Of a stretch of 64,000 nucleotides of DNA, positions 28,396-38,305 are shown in pieces (within the stretch, counting starts at the first letter, position 1; each line of letters begins with the position of its first letter). This DNA comes from Candidatus Heimdallarchaeota archaeon (lineage in GTDB: Archaea > Asgardarchaeota > Heimdallarchaeia > Heimdallarchaeales > Heimdallarchaeaceae). The stretch is taken from positions 160,001 to 224,000 of the forward strand of contig JAUVXV010000001.1 in assembly GCA_030603365.1 (NCBI GenBank), read 5' to 3'. The notes beneath the pieces were generated by a model. It saw only the letters and a program-made list of their open reading frames with translations. It searched no databases and was not told the origin of the DNA. The position numbers and the translations under genes were made by a program.

Positions 28396-29037
28396 TTATG
28401 TTACAGCTGAAACTGTCTTAGTTTTAGTTTCTGGTAATAGTAGAACTTTGCTTTTTCTAACTTCTACAAGAACTGTTGGGAAGATTTTTGTTACTTCTGC
28501 CTTTAATTCAGAAGCAATCTCTCCATTTACCATATTACGTGCATATTCAACAAAAGATTGCTCTCTAGCTCTAGCTCTGACTATATCAACAATTGTTTTT
28601 CTAACTACTTTCTGTGTGCTTGTTCCACATCTCATTGGAGTGATAACAATAGATGAAACTCTTAATCTTGCTTTATCCTTTGTAATAACATTTTGAATTG
28701 CTTCTATCTTCGTACGATTTCTTCTGATTTGAGATCTGATCTGTTCCTTAGCAATTTCATGACCATCAAATTCGGTCCCGCAAATATTGCCCACAACATT
28801 TGTAATACGAAATCGTATTTTTAGATTAATATCATAGAAAATATCATCGGCAACTCCAAGTCTAGCCATCTCTATAACTCTACCATATAGTTTTTCTGGC
28901 TCGCTTGCCGGAGTTTGTCCTAAGGATTTCTCAACAATGTAATTTGCTGCGTTTACCTCATACCAGGATTTTTCTTTCCATTTATCTACAACTTTAGTTT
29001 TTCCTTTAGTTTTTCTGGTTGGTCTTCGAGATGACAA
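28396..29037 (-). CDS. rps3ae: 30S ribosomal protein S3Ae (eS1)
   Basis: DKWKEKSWY, GQTPA, GRVIE, KIFP..VEVRKSKV. Confidence 0.95.
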   Translation of the reverse strand: MSSRRPTRKTKGKTKVVDKWKEKSWYEVNAANYIVEKSLGQTPASEPEKLYGRVIEMARLGVADDIFYDINLKIRFRITNVVGNICGTEFDGHEIAKEQIRSQIRRNRTKIEAIQNVITKDKARLRVSSIVITPMRCGTSTQKVVRKTIVDIVRARAREQSFVEYARNMVNGEIASELKAEVTKIFPTVLVEVRKSKVLLLPETKTKTVSAVT

Positions 29038-29139
29038 AGGTTATACCTCAATTATGTTGTTTTCCTTCTTCTTTAATCGAGTTTTAAATATTATGTTTGG
29101 ATAGAATTTGGGATAAAGAGATTTTTGAGTATATTTATA

Positions 29140-29406
29140 TCAGTTTTTCTTTCTTTTTACAGTTTTGTATATGCTTTCGCTAGTACTAATGGTATTAATT
29201 ATATCATCTACAGTTTTTCTAATGGTAGGTAAAGGAGAAGAAGAAGATAGTTTTATGGTTAATATACGATTTTCAAGTATCATTTCTATATTACTTTTAT
29301 CATCAAGTTGACTGTTTTCTGGTTCCAATGATTTTGAGATAATTTCTGCAAAATTCTCATCTGAGCATTCTATAGATATTGTGATGATAACTGATTCTGA
29401 TGGCAT
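29140..29406 (-). CDS. Pcc1-family KEOPS subunit (Pcc2-type)
   Basis: SLEPEN, IRKTVDDII; lies in the rps15-DHH-pcc-rps3ae context. Confidence 0.75.
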   Translation of the reverse strand: MPSESVIITISIECSDENFAEIISKSLEPENSQLDDKSNIEMILENRILTIKLSSSSPLPTIRKTVDDIINTISTSESIYKTVKRKKN

Positions 29407-29424
29407 TTGGAAAACCTTGTGTGT

Positions 29425-30921
29425 TTAATCCTTTATTGTATTTTTCCCTTTGTGATGATAAGCCAAAACCTTATCCAATTCATTAAGAACAGGTTCTAAT
29501 TCTTCTTCTTTAATAGTTGTGTGAAAGAATTCAATGTCTCCTTTGATTACCGATTCTTTAATAATTTCATCCTTTCTAAAATCCTGAAAAATTTGAAAAG
29601 ATAAGTAACCCTTTTTCATGTGGACAGGGGAATCATGGACAAAAAGATAGTTCTCATTATTTTCATTGATTAGTAGAATAAGGGGTTTGTCGATTGGTAT
29701 AATATTACTTTCAACTAGCGCTTTTACTACTAGTGGAGCTGATTCCAAATCAAAAAAATCTTGATTACGGATCAACCGGTAGTATTTCTGATCCTCTGTA
29801 ATATCTGGGTTTTGAATAATCTCTTGAATGATAGTGGTAGCTTTGCCATGATAATTACTTAATTCTCTTAGAAGTTTATCAAATAAGTTTGTTCTATCTC
29901 CAAGAACAACTGCAAGCGCTAAACCGTATTTGTGTAATTGTATTGCACCCTCAAGTAACCATAGATATTCTTCAATATTTCGAGTTTGATTCTTTTTGGT
30001 TTCAGTTTCTAAAATGTAAATTGGTCCTATTAATTTCGAGATTTCTGTTAACGGTTGACCCTTTTCTCCCATTAAAAGGGAAATCAACCCATCATTCAAT
30101 TTTTTGGTTTCTTCTGATGTAAGAGAGGAAATTGTTCTATAATTACCTTCATCGTCTTCCATCAATATCCCTAATTTTGAGATAAAAGATGTGCACTCAC
30201 TCTTATTACCTGTTAATCCTGGAAAAAATGGGTTGGTTGAATATTGTAGTGCTAAATGAAGGGGCTGACTTTCTCTTCCTGGAATTCTTGTTCCCGTTGT
30301 CTCTTTTAGAATGTGATTTTCCTTACCTTCCTTCAGAATGATTCGGTTGATTCCAATTAATTTCTGATTTTTTGGATTTATCTGTTTTCTTGCTAAACCA
30401 CCTAATATTGCCAATCCTGCAAATTTGTAGTAATTCTCGTTGAAACTACTAGCTATAAGATATGCCAAACCAGAATTCGATAATAAATTACTTGATAGAT
30501 CAAAAGATTTCAATGACAAAATTTGAATGTCTTCCCAAGGAATTTTAATTCGTTTATCTAATATAAAATCGTGATTAATTAGAATGATATTCTTTTCTTC
30601 ATCTTTCATTAGTTTATTTGGTAATTCTTTGGATTCATAGCCTATAAAGATAAAAGTTGAATAATTAAAATTCTTAATTCTATCTTCTATATTTGCTGAG
30701 TTATCAGTTAGAATAGCATGACAGCCCATATCTAGTTTTCTTAAGCAAGATATGAGAATACCTGTAGCTCCTATATTATCTGGATGAGCTTTCGCTATAA
30801 TAACAATATTATCCTCACTATTTCTCAGAAATTCTGCTATTTTAGCTGATTCTTCTTTAAGTTTAGAATATTTTTCGAAAGGAACTTCAGATTTTGACAT
30901 TAGATTTTCACTATTATACAA
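29425..30921 (-). CDS. RecJ/GAN/Cdc45-family DHH protein with degenerate catalytic motifs
   Basis: LSNSGLAY, GINRIIL, GRE.PL..ALQYST.PF.PGLTG; operon context rps15-X-pcc-rps3ae. Confidence 0.82.
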   Translation of the reverse strand: MYNSENLMSKSEVPFEKYSKLKEESAKIAEFLRNSEDNIVIIAKAHPDNIGATGILISCLRKLDMGCHAILTDNSANIEDRIKNFNYSTFIFIGYESKELPNKLMKDEEKNIILINHDFILDKRIKIPWEDIQILSLKSFDLSSNLLSNSGLAYLIASSFNENYYKFAGLAILGGLARKQINPKNQKLIGINRIILKEGKENHILKETTGTRIPGRESQPLHLALQYSTNPFFPGLTGNKSECTSFISKLGILMEDDEGNYRTISSLTSEETKKLNDGLISLLMGEKGQPLTEISKLIGPIYILETETKKNQTRNIEEYLWLLEGAIQLHKYGLALAVVLGDRTNLFDKLLRELSNYHGKATTIIQEIIQNPDITEDQKYYRLIRNQDFFDLESAPLVVKALVESNIIPIDKPLILLINENNENYLFVHDSPVHMKKGYLSFQIFQDFRKDEIIKESVIKGDIEFFHTTIKEEELEPVLNELDKVLAYHHKGKNTIKD

Positions 30922-30958
30922 TATAAATGGAAGCTAAAAAATAAAAGAATATCGTATC

Positions 30959-31411
30959 TTATAAAAGAAGACCAGCAGTTTTGGGGTCATATTTCCAATT
31001 TGTTGGAAAGATACCTTTCCTTTTGTAATACTTGGCTAAACGTCTGATTTTAGCCTCTATTAGCTGTAAACCTCGTTTACTATGAAGGTCTTTTCTGTTA
31101 TCCTCTAAATGCCTTCGAAGGCTTGAAGCTTTTCTAACCAGATTTACTAGGTCTTCAGGATATTTTGGTTTTAAATCCAGTTCTTCAACTATTTTGGAAA
31201 CCTTTATTCCTAAGACTTCTTTTAGATTTGGAATTCCATATTGATCACGAAGGATAACTCCAATCATAGCAGTTGATTGACCTTGTCTTCTCATTTCTTC
31301 TATCTTCTTTGTTATAAACTTCTTATCATGAACCATCCATTCTGGAGCTTGATTCCTATATGGTCTAGTTGAACTAGCTTGACCTTTTCTTCTTGCATGT
31401 ATTCTTGCCAT
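30959..31411 (-). CDS. rps15: 30S ribosomal protein S15 (uS15)
   Basis: MARIHARRKG, IGVILRDQYGIP, PEDL, KDLHSKRGLQLIEAKIRRLAKYYK. Confidence 0.97.
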   Translation of the reverse strand: MARIHARRKGQASSTRPYRNQAPEWMVHDKKFITKKIEEMRRQGQSTAMIGVILRDQYGIPNLKEVLGIKVSKIVEELDLKPKYPEDLVNLVRKASSLRRHLEDNRKDLHSKRGLQLIEAKIRRLAKYYKRKGIFPTNWKYDPKTAGLLL

Positions 31412-31432
31412 TTGTTACACCAGTTTAATGTT

Positions 31433-31999
31433 TTAAGCGAAGGCGGTTAATGAGGTGAATAATTCTCGAAGTGACTTTTGGCGGTGAGAATATAAATTCT
31501 TGGTTGTAAGTGTCATTTCAGCGAAAGTTTCATCACATTCACTTGGTTTAAAAATAGGGTCAAAACCAAAACCATCATGTCCTTGTTTTGAATCTGTGAT
31601 TTTTCCTTTTGTTATTCCTTTATATAATTTTATTTCATTATTTGCATAAAATGCTATAACTGATTTAAAAAAAGCTGTTCTATTTTCTTTGTTCTCCATA
31701 AGCTTCAGAATACCATCATTTCCTATTGTTTTATAGACATACGATGAGTATGGTCCAGGGAATCTATTTAATGAATCAATAAACAAACCAGCATCTTCAA
31801 GGAAGAAAACTAGGTTTGCAAGAGTTAGGTCTTTTTCCAAGATCTTGATACAACTCTTCTCAGCTATAATTTCTAATGTATCTCCTTGAGGTTCTTCATA
31901 TTCAATATTCTTCCAATTCATTGTTAAACTGAAGTTATTTGCTAGTTCTGAAGCTTCTTCAAATTTGGATGAGTTATGTGTAATAAAATAAATTTCCAT
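31433..31999 (-). CDS. rdgB: Non-canonical purine NTP pyrophosphatase (HAM1/RdgB)
   Basis: ITHNSSKFEE, EDAGL, FPGPYS, GFGFDPIF, TFAEM, SHR. Confidence 0.93.
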   Translation of the reverse strand: MEIYFITHNSSKFEEASELANNFSLTMNWKNIEYEEPQGDTLEIIAEKSCIKILEKDLTLANLVFFLEDAGLFIDSLNRFPGPYSSYVYKTIGNDGILKLMENKENRTAFFKSVIAFYANNEIKLYKGITKGKITDSKQGHDGFGFDPIFKPSECDETFAEMTLTTKNLYSHRQKSLRELFTSLTAFA

Positions 32000-32158
32000 T
32001 GCAATAAGTATCTTTGATATTTATTAGTCTCTTTCGGTAAAAAGCATTTAGTTCTCATTTAAATCATAAAAGAGTTTAAATGCATTTGGTACATAGGCTT
32101 ACTAAATACACATAAATAAAGTTGAAATCTCAACTAACCTATATCCGGTGAATTAACA

Positions 32159-32566
32159 ATGGAGGAACTAACTTACTCGTCAATCTATAAATCAGCAGAT
32201 GACACAAAAATTGAAGACCAAGTAAAAGTCGCACTTTCTGAAATTACTAAATCTAGTAATATTCTAAGCATCTATTCCATGAATGCTCGGGCAATATATT
32301 TCTTTCCTGTAGCTTCTGATGTATATCAGTTAAGTATTCAGATTTTTCCACTGACCCCAGAGATTGTTGCACAAATTATGACAAAAGTCTCAGAGTTTTC
32401 AACCAAGGTAATTTACAGTACTGGATTATGTTTAGTAGAAAATAGGTGTTTTTGGGAAGGATTTCTACAAGAAAAGGATTTAACAAAAGATATTGAAGAA
32501 ATCAAAATGATTTTAGAATCTATTGCAGAAGTAAAAGGAATAACAATAGAGAAAGTAACGAAGTAG
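32159..32566 (+). CDS. Hypothetical protein, ACT-like C-terminal domain
   Basis: beta-alpha-beta-beta-alpha-beta pattern ending in LESIAEVKGITIE; GGTGA before the ATG. Confidence 0.5.
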   Translation: MEELTYSSIYKSADDTKIEDQVKVALSEITKSSNILSIYSMNARAIYFFPVASDVYQLSIQIFPLTPEIVAQIMTKVSEFSTKVIYSTGLCLVENRCFWEGFLQEKDLTKDIEEIKMILESIAEVKGITIEKVTK

Positions 32567-33514
32567 TTAATTTAAGCTAACTTTTAGGTTTAAAACTCGA
32601 ATAAACTCTTTGTATCTGTTTCTTAAAGTAACCTCAGTAATTTGGCAAACTTTAGCTATTTCATTTTGTGGACATTTTGTTTTATTTTGTAAAGCAGAAA
32701 TATATAATGCAGCTGCTGCAAGAGAATTAGGATTTTTACCCACTGTTATTTTTGCTGCTTTTGCTTGAGAGAGAATTAATTGTGCATCATTCAATATTTT
32801 GGGTTTAAAATTCAATAGTGATGCAAATTTGGCTATACTGCTTTCTGGACTTGCTAAAGGCATTTTTAAGTCAAGATGCTTAAGAAGCAGTCTGAAATTT
32901 TTAGCTAATTTCTTTTTATTTAAACGTGTTTTATCTGCTATATCTTCTAAGGTGGCTGGTTGCTTGTGTAATCTACATGATAGATATAATGCTGCTGAAA
33001 CAAGAGCTTCAGTCGACCTCCCACGAACCAAACCAGTTTTTAGAATTTTTCTATATATCATGGCAGCTGTTTCACGAACCTTTATTGTTAAATTCAGCTG
33101 ACTACTTATTCTTTTGATTTCGTTCAAAGCTCTTAGGAGATTTCTTTCTGTACCATATTGTAATACTGCTCTTCTTTGTAAAGTTCGTAGTCTAAACATT
33201 TGACTTGCTTTTTCAGGAGACAAAGAATTGCCAAATATATCTTTGTTTGAGTAGTCTATCAAAGTACCATAATGGTCATATGTTAAAAGATTCTTTGGAG
33301 TTCCAGTTCTTGCTCGTTTAACATGCTGTTCTTTTGAATAGGCTCTCCATTCAGCTGTCTGATCAATATATGAATCTTCAATAACCAACCCACAACTTCC
33401 ACAACTTACCTCTCCTCTTGTTGAGTCAAAAGTCAATTTAGTTGAATTGCAGTCAGGACACCTTGGAAGAGAAGTTTCAGAGCTTATTGTAACATTGATT
33501 GGTTGTGGGGACAT
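32567..33514 (-). CDS. tfb: Transcription initiation factor IIB
   Basis: CPDC..CGSCG zinc ribbon, EWRAY, ERNL..AL, RGRS, two cyclin repeats, TEVTLRNRYKE. Confidence 0.95.
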   Translation of the reverse strand: MSPQPINVTISSETSLPRCPDCNSTKLTFDSTRGEVSCGSCGLVIEDSYIDQTAEWRAYSKEQHVKRARTGTPKNLLTYDHYGTLIDYSNKDIFGNSLSPEKASQMFRLRTLQRRAVLQYGTERNLLRALNEIKRISSQLNLTIKVRETAAMIYRKILKTGLVRGRSTEALVSAALYLSCRLHKQPATLEDIADKTRLNKKKLAKNFRLLLKHLDLKMPLASPESSIAKFASLLNFKPKILNDAQLILSQAKAAKITVGKNPNSLAAAALYISALQNKTKCPQNEIAKVCQITEVTLRNRYKEFIRVLNLKVSLN

Positions 33515-33749
33515 AAAAGCACCTAAGGTTGGTCTGGATATATTTTAACTATTGAGTATTTAAATTTGGCTGAACATTCTTACTCATTTATTAGTAACAC
33601 AATTGGCTGATTTAAGCAATTATTTTGATAATTTTCTTGCTCTTTAGGTTGAATTATTTTAGTTATAGATAAAAACTGTTAAAAACAAACCTCTTGGCTA
33701 TAGATTAAACAACTAATTTACAGAATCTTATATTAACGGGGTGTAAATA

Positions 33750-34157
33750 ATGTCACAAAAATCAAGACAACTCGAATTTAAGCTAAATATTGGTGATAAG
33801 ACTGGTAAATGTCATACAAAAATAGTAAGAGATTCCCAAGCAAATTCTCTTATTGGTTTGAAACTAGGGAGCAAAGTTGATGGTAATTTAGTAGGTTTGC
33901 CATCTTGGGAATTTGTCATTACTGGAGGTAGCGATGCAGATGGTTTTCCTCATAGATCCGGTATTCAAGGTTCTGGTAGAAGAAAATACTTACTTACAGG
34001 TGGAGTAGGTTATAAGGTTCACCGCAAAGGTAGGCGTACAAAGAAATCTGTTAGAGGCAATGTAATTTCTGAAAGCTCTTATCAGATTAATATGAAAGTT
34101 TCAAAAGCTGGTAGTAAAACCTTAGAAGAACTTGTTTCTGAAATTAGTTCTAGCTAA
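33750..34157 (+). CDS. rps6e: 30S ribosomal protein S6e
   Basis: FKLNIGD, ITGGSD.DGFP, GRRTKKSVRGN, QINMKV. Confidence 0.95.
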   Translation: MSQKSRQLEFKLNIGDKTGKCHTKIVRDSQANSLIGLKLGSKVDGNLVGLPSWEFVITGGSDADGFPHRSGIQGSGRRKYLLTGGVGYKVHRKGRRTKKSVRGNVISESSYQINMKVSKAGSKTLEELVSEISSS

Positions 34158-34169
34158 ATAAAATACAAA

Positions 34170-34183
34170 TGGGAAATTTCCCA
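34170..34183. terminator. Palindrome between convergent genes, possible terminator hairpin
   Basis: TGGGAAATTTCCCA perfect 14-bp palindrome flanked by A-runs, between the rps6e stop and the 34188 stop. Confidence 0.3.
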
Positions 34184-34187
34184 AAAA

Positions 34188-34700
34188 TCATTTCTTTTTC
34201 TTATCTTTACCTTTGTCTTTAGATTTTTGTTCTTCCTCTTCATCTGGTTCAGTTAAGAAAATATAGACAATTGATAGAATAATTACTCCAATGAGAACAC
34301 CAAATATCGTCCATTGCATTGCTGTGTTATAATTTGGGTTTCCCCCAACTCCTTTAGGACGAATTTCAGTAAGCATCCAAGTTACAAGAATAGCGATTAC
34401 TGATGAAATTACAAATGTTCCCCATGAAGGAAGATTCGCTCGAATTTCACTAAATGTAGCAAGAGCTAGTAACAAGAAGAAATAGAATAGTGATACAAGT
34501 ACTGCTGTTATAATAGTTAATCCTACACCATAAATACTACCTGGATCTTCGTAATACAATCCCACAAGCCAACTTGGAGCAGTTAATGGTTCCCAACTAG
34601 CAAATACTATGGCTAAAATTAAAGCTGCGAGTAAAATAATTGAACTTAATAATAGTGTTCTGTTTCTATCATCCTTCCAAACTTTCTCATACAAACCCAT
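34188..34700 (-). CDS. Hypothetical membrane protein (4 TM)
   Basis: Four hydrophobic segments and a charged C-terminal tail. Confidence 0.7.
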   Translation of the reverse strand: MGLYEKVWKDDRNRTLLLSSIILLAALILAIVFASWEPLTAPSWLVGLYYEDPGSIYGVGLTIITAVLVSLFYFFLLLALATFSEIRANLPSWGTFVISSVIAILVTWMLTEIRPKGVGGNPNYNTAMQWTIFGVLIGVIILSIVYIFLTEPDEEEEQKSKDKGKDKKKK

Positions 34701-34750
34701 CTTTTGTGTCTCCTTGTATGTAATTCGTGCTTGCTAAATGAATGTTTTCA

Positions 34751-34775
34751 AAACATAGTACTGGTTACTATGTTT
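34751..34775. promoter_or_regulatory. Perfect 10-bp inverted repeat in a divergent promoter region
   Basis: AAACATAGTA-CTGGT-TACTATGTTT. Confidence 0.35.
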
Positions 34776-34903
34776 CAATGAAACTTTTAAGATAAGTTTA
34801 TTAACTTTTGGCTTACTGATTTTATTAAACAGAACCTTCTCCAAATAAGGAAGATTTTTGAAGATAATTTTTTTACTAAAATCTAGTCATTAGAGGATAG
34901 AAA

Positions 34904-35746
34904 ATGTCAAATAAAGAAATTTCTAAAGGTAATGGTTTCCTTACCTGTGAAAATTATGTCCCTTTCAACGAAGTAAATATAATGAGAAATTTCTTTAAAA
35001 TAGCATATGATTTGAAGATTCCTTTGGTTGTAATCGATAACATGTCAATTCAAGAGAGGACTATATTTCTACAAAATTTAGATCCAGAGAATTCCATTGT
35101 TACCACCTCACAGCAGATTTATGATAGTTTAAAGACAGAAAATATCACTACTAATCAATTGAAGACGGCCTATACAAAATTCATCTATTCAAATGAAAGT
35201 CTAAAATGTCTTATTGTAACCAGAAAGACACTAACAGGAAATTCCATTGAAAAGATAAAACAGCAATTGGGAAGTTTTCGATATCAGTATGAGATTATCT
35301 CATTTTATTCAGATGATCAAACCGCATTAAAATGGGCAGCACAGGATAGAAGAATTGATTATATCACAATCGAAATCCTTGGAAATTCTAAGTCAATAGA
35401 CCAAGCTTTGTGTTCCGTAGTTAAACAGAAAAGCAAATGCTTTGAGATAATAATTTCTCCTTTGATTAATGCCAAGAGCGATAGAGAACTCAGTGAAGTT
35501 TTACGAAAAGGAAGAAAACTGATGCAACTAATAACATCAACAAATACTCCTTTTATTTTTACAATGAAGCCTAAATCTCCATTACAGCTAAGAACAGGTT
35601 CACAAATGAGACTCCTTGGGGGTTTGTTGGAAGTTTCATATAATAAAACAAAAGAAAGTATTTTTGGGAAACAACTAGAAATTCTAATTGCAAATACAAT
35701 CAAACTACATGAATCATATATTTTTGAAGGTGTGAAGGAGGTTTAA
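34904..35746 (+). CDS. rnp3: RNase P subunit Rpp30 (divergent)
   Basis: WAAQDRRIDYI, FEIIISPL, PFIF, SPLQLR, C-terminal EGV; immediately upstream of pop5. Confidence 0.75.
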   Translation: MSNKEISKGNGFLTCENYVPFNEVNIMRNFFKIAYDLKIPLVVIDNMSIQERTIFLQNLDPENSIVTTSQQIYDSLKTENITTNQLKTAYTKFIYSNESLKCLIVTRKTLTGNSIEKIKQQLGSFRYQYEIISFYSDDQTALKWAAQDRRIDYITIEILGNSKSIDQALCSVVKQKSKCFEIIISPLINAKSDRELSEVLRKGRKLMQLITSTNTPFIFTMKPKSPLQLRTGSQMRLLGGLLEVSYNKTKESIFGKQLEILIANTIKLHESYIFEGVKEV

Positions 35747-35749
35747 AAT

Positions 35750-36076
35750 TTGGTAACCATTATACGAGATAGGTATGTAGTTTTCCGAATATACACGTCT
35801 GTAACAAAACTTGAAGAATCTTTCCTCAAATCAACAATTTGGCGAATTTATCAAAATATTTATGGCCTATTTGGGTCCTCTAACGCTGGTCTATACTTTG
35901 AAAGTTTTGATGAAAAAGAAAAAACTGGTATAATACGTTGCACACATACTTCCTTATCTCAGTTACTTACAGTTCTTGCCTATATGACTGAATTGAAAGA
36001 AACAGAGATTTTAGTTAGGATATTGAATGTTAGTGGAACAATTGGTAAAGCAAAGAAAATACTTTCCATAAAATAA
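35750..36076 (+). CDS. rnp2: RNase P subunit Pop5/Rpp14
   Basis: RDRYVVF, YGLFG, GIIRC.H, VSGTIGKAKK. Confidence 0.88.
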   Translation: MVTIIRDRYVVFRIYTSVTKLEESFLKSTIWRIYQNIYGLFGSSNAGLYFESFDEKEKTGIIRCTHTSLSQLLTVLAYMTELKETEILVRILNVSGTIGKAKKILSIK

Positions 36077-36123
36077 TTTTAATACCATAATCTTGATTAA
36101 TCTTATAGGAATTTTGATTTAGT

Positions 36124-36624
36124 ATGAACTCCAGTGATAACGTAAAACAACCTCAAAAAAGAATGAGACCTTCATGGGATGAATATTTCATGAATATCGC
36201 AGAACTTGCAAAAACAAGATCATCTTGTATTAGAAGACAAGTTGGGGCTGTATTAGTAAATGATAAACACCAGATTATTTCTACTGGATATAACGGTGTA
36301 CCCCGAGGGATAGTTCATTGTACAATAGATACTTGTACAAAACTCTATGAGGAATCCGGAGAAAAGAACGAAATTTGTCCTGCAGTTCATGCGGAGCTTA
36401 ATGCAATCTTACAAGCAGCCACTGCAGGAATTAGCTCAGAAGGAACAACTTTGTATTCTACAACACGTCCTTGTGGTAATTGTACCATGGCTATACTAAA
36501 TGCTGGAATAAAAAGAGTTGTTTTTCTTGAAGATTATACTGATCCCATTCTGCGTTCTGGGTGGTTAAATTCATCAAATGTTGTTTTTGAAAAGTATGAA
36601 CCCCCAGAAAAGAAAAATGATTGA
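36124..36624 (+). CDS. dCMP deaminase family protein
   Basis: RPSWDEYFM, RSSC.RRQVGA, GYNG, HAELNAI, PCGNC. Confidence 0.92.
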   Translation: MNSSDNVKQPQKRMRPSWDEYFMNIAELAKTRSSCIRRQVGAVLVNDKHQIISTGYNGVPRGIVHCTIDTCTKLYEESGEKNEICPAVHAELNAILQAATAGISSEGTTLYSTTRPCGNCTMAILNAGIKRVVFLEDYTDPILRSGWLNSSNVVFEKYEPPEKKND

Positions 36625-36634
36625 TAATTTCAGT

Positions 36635-38218
36635 TCATAGTTTTTTCTCTTTCTTAATCTCTACTGATAAAACAGTATTATGAGCGGTTTGTTGATAGAA
36701 TGAATTCTTAGAAGCTTTTGTTAAAATTTGTAGAGAATCTATTATTTCTTCTGAGTAATATTCTGAAATATCCAAAGGTATGTTCTTTTGTAGAGCCTTT
36801 TTCTGAACTTTAAATAGGACATCTCCTTTGTTGAAAATCATTTCATATGGTTTCATATCTTTTAGCTCTATTTCTGTTTCATTAGAAATCTCCCCCTTGA
36901 TAACCTCATATTTTCTTAAATCAAAAACATGGTTAGGTGTTAAAGAGACATAGTGTTTGATTCTTCTTACGTCAGATTTTCTTTTTGAGAAATTTACTTC
37001 TTTAATTATGTTCAGATTCTTATCTAGAACTAATATTTTATTATCTTCTCCAACAGTGATGATATTTCCCTCATAATAAAAAATTCCAAGTATACGTTTA
37101 TTATGCAATTTTATGCTAGAAGATATCTCAAGGTTTGAATTATTTAGAACCAGAATTTTCCCTGAATTTAATGCTATAATTAAGCTATCTGGTGTTATAT
37201 CTGCACTTGTAATTAACGATATTCCAGGATGTTTTTTTATAATCTCCAAATCTGTATCAAGTAGAAATAGATCTCCGTTTCCTAAACCAACGATTATGTG
37301 ATTATTGGTTGTTTTAAGAAGTGAAAACGGTTTATCTGGCAATCTGACTCTTTTTTCTGGCCTTTGCTTAAGAATATCGAATTTTACAATAGTAGAATCA
37401 AGTGAGGTTGTATATAGATAATTACCGTGTAATTCTATGCCAGTAATATGGTTCCCATGAACAAAAAATGCTTTATGCAACTTCAAGGTTTGTTTATTCC
37501 AAATAGAAACAAATCCAAATTCATGGCCTAGGATAATGAATTCTGATGTTGATTTGAATGATAATATAGAAAAACCATTTCTCCTTGAGATATTGAATAA
37601 AAGAGTGTGAGGATCTTTCTTTTTGAATTCTTCAACATATTTTGAAGCTTTTCTAATTAATTTGAGGACCTTGGCATCACTAACGAATAGGGATTTAATC
37701 TGTTTGAAATCCTCTGCTTCTAAAACTATTTTTGCTCCTTCTGCACATGAGAGATACAGCTTATCTTCATCAGAAAAATATTTGTCTACAGAAATAACAC
37801 GAGTTTTAGAAACCAAATTCAGTTTATTATCTTTTATTTTCCATTTTTTAAGCTGAAGATCTTTGCTAGCACTAATGACATGTTCCTTCCAAGCTTTTGC
37901 TCCTAACATCGAAGATATATGAGCTTCTTTAGAATCAGCTAATTCAAAGTTTTTAAAAAACCATATTTTCAATTTTCGTTCCTGAGCCGAAGTTATAAGA
38001 TATTTTTTGTCTGTTGTACTTTGAATATCAATTATTGAATTATTGTGTGCGTAAATGCAACCGTGTTCTTTATCCAAGTTTATGTCCCAAATACAAATTC
38101 TCCCATCTTGACTTCCTGTAAAAAGATAACCATCTATTTCTCGGATAGTATTTACAGCTTTTTGATGACCGGGTTGATGGTAGAGTACATCAACAAAATC
38201 TGTATTTGGGTTATTCAC
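36635..38218 (-). CDS. WD40-repeat beta-propeller protein
   Basis: GHQKAVN..TGSQDGRICIWD, AHNNSI..LKIW, SASKD..LKKW, VHGNHI..TSLDSTIVKFD. Confidence 0.85.
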   Translation of the reverse strand: MNNPNTDFVDVLYHQPGHQKAVNTIREIDGYLFTGSQDGRICIWDINLDKEHGCIYAHNNSIIDIQSTTDKKYLITSAQERKLKIWFFKNFELADSKEAHISSMLGAKAWKEHVISASKDLQLKKWKIKDNKLNLVSKTRVISVDKYFSDEDKLYLSCAEGAKIVLEAEDFKQIKSLFVSDAKVLKLIRKASKYVEEFKKKDPHTLLFNISRRNGFSILSFKSTSEFIILGHEFGFVSIWNKQTLKLHKAFFVHGNHITGIELHGNYLYTTSLDSTIVKFDILKQRPEKRVRLPDKPFSLLKTTNNHIIVGLGNGDLFLLDTDLEIIKKHPGISLITSADITPDSLIIALNSGKILVLNNSNLEISSSIKLHNKRILGIFYYEGNIITVGEDNKILVLDKNLNIIKEVNFSKRKSDVRRIKHYVSLTPNHVFDLRKYEVIKGEISNETEIELKDMKPYEMIFNKGDVLFKVQKKALQKNIPLDISEYYSEEIIDSLQILTKASKNSFYQQTAHNTVLSVEIKKEKKL

Positions 38219-38305
38219 AGTTATTTCAAACCTTGTACTCTAATTAAGATTTTACATTATAGTCTTACTTATGATTGATTGAAACAAAAAAATAGTGTTA
38301 AATAT

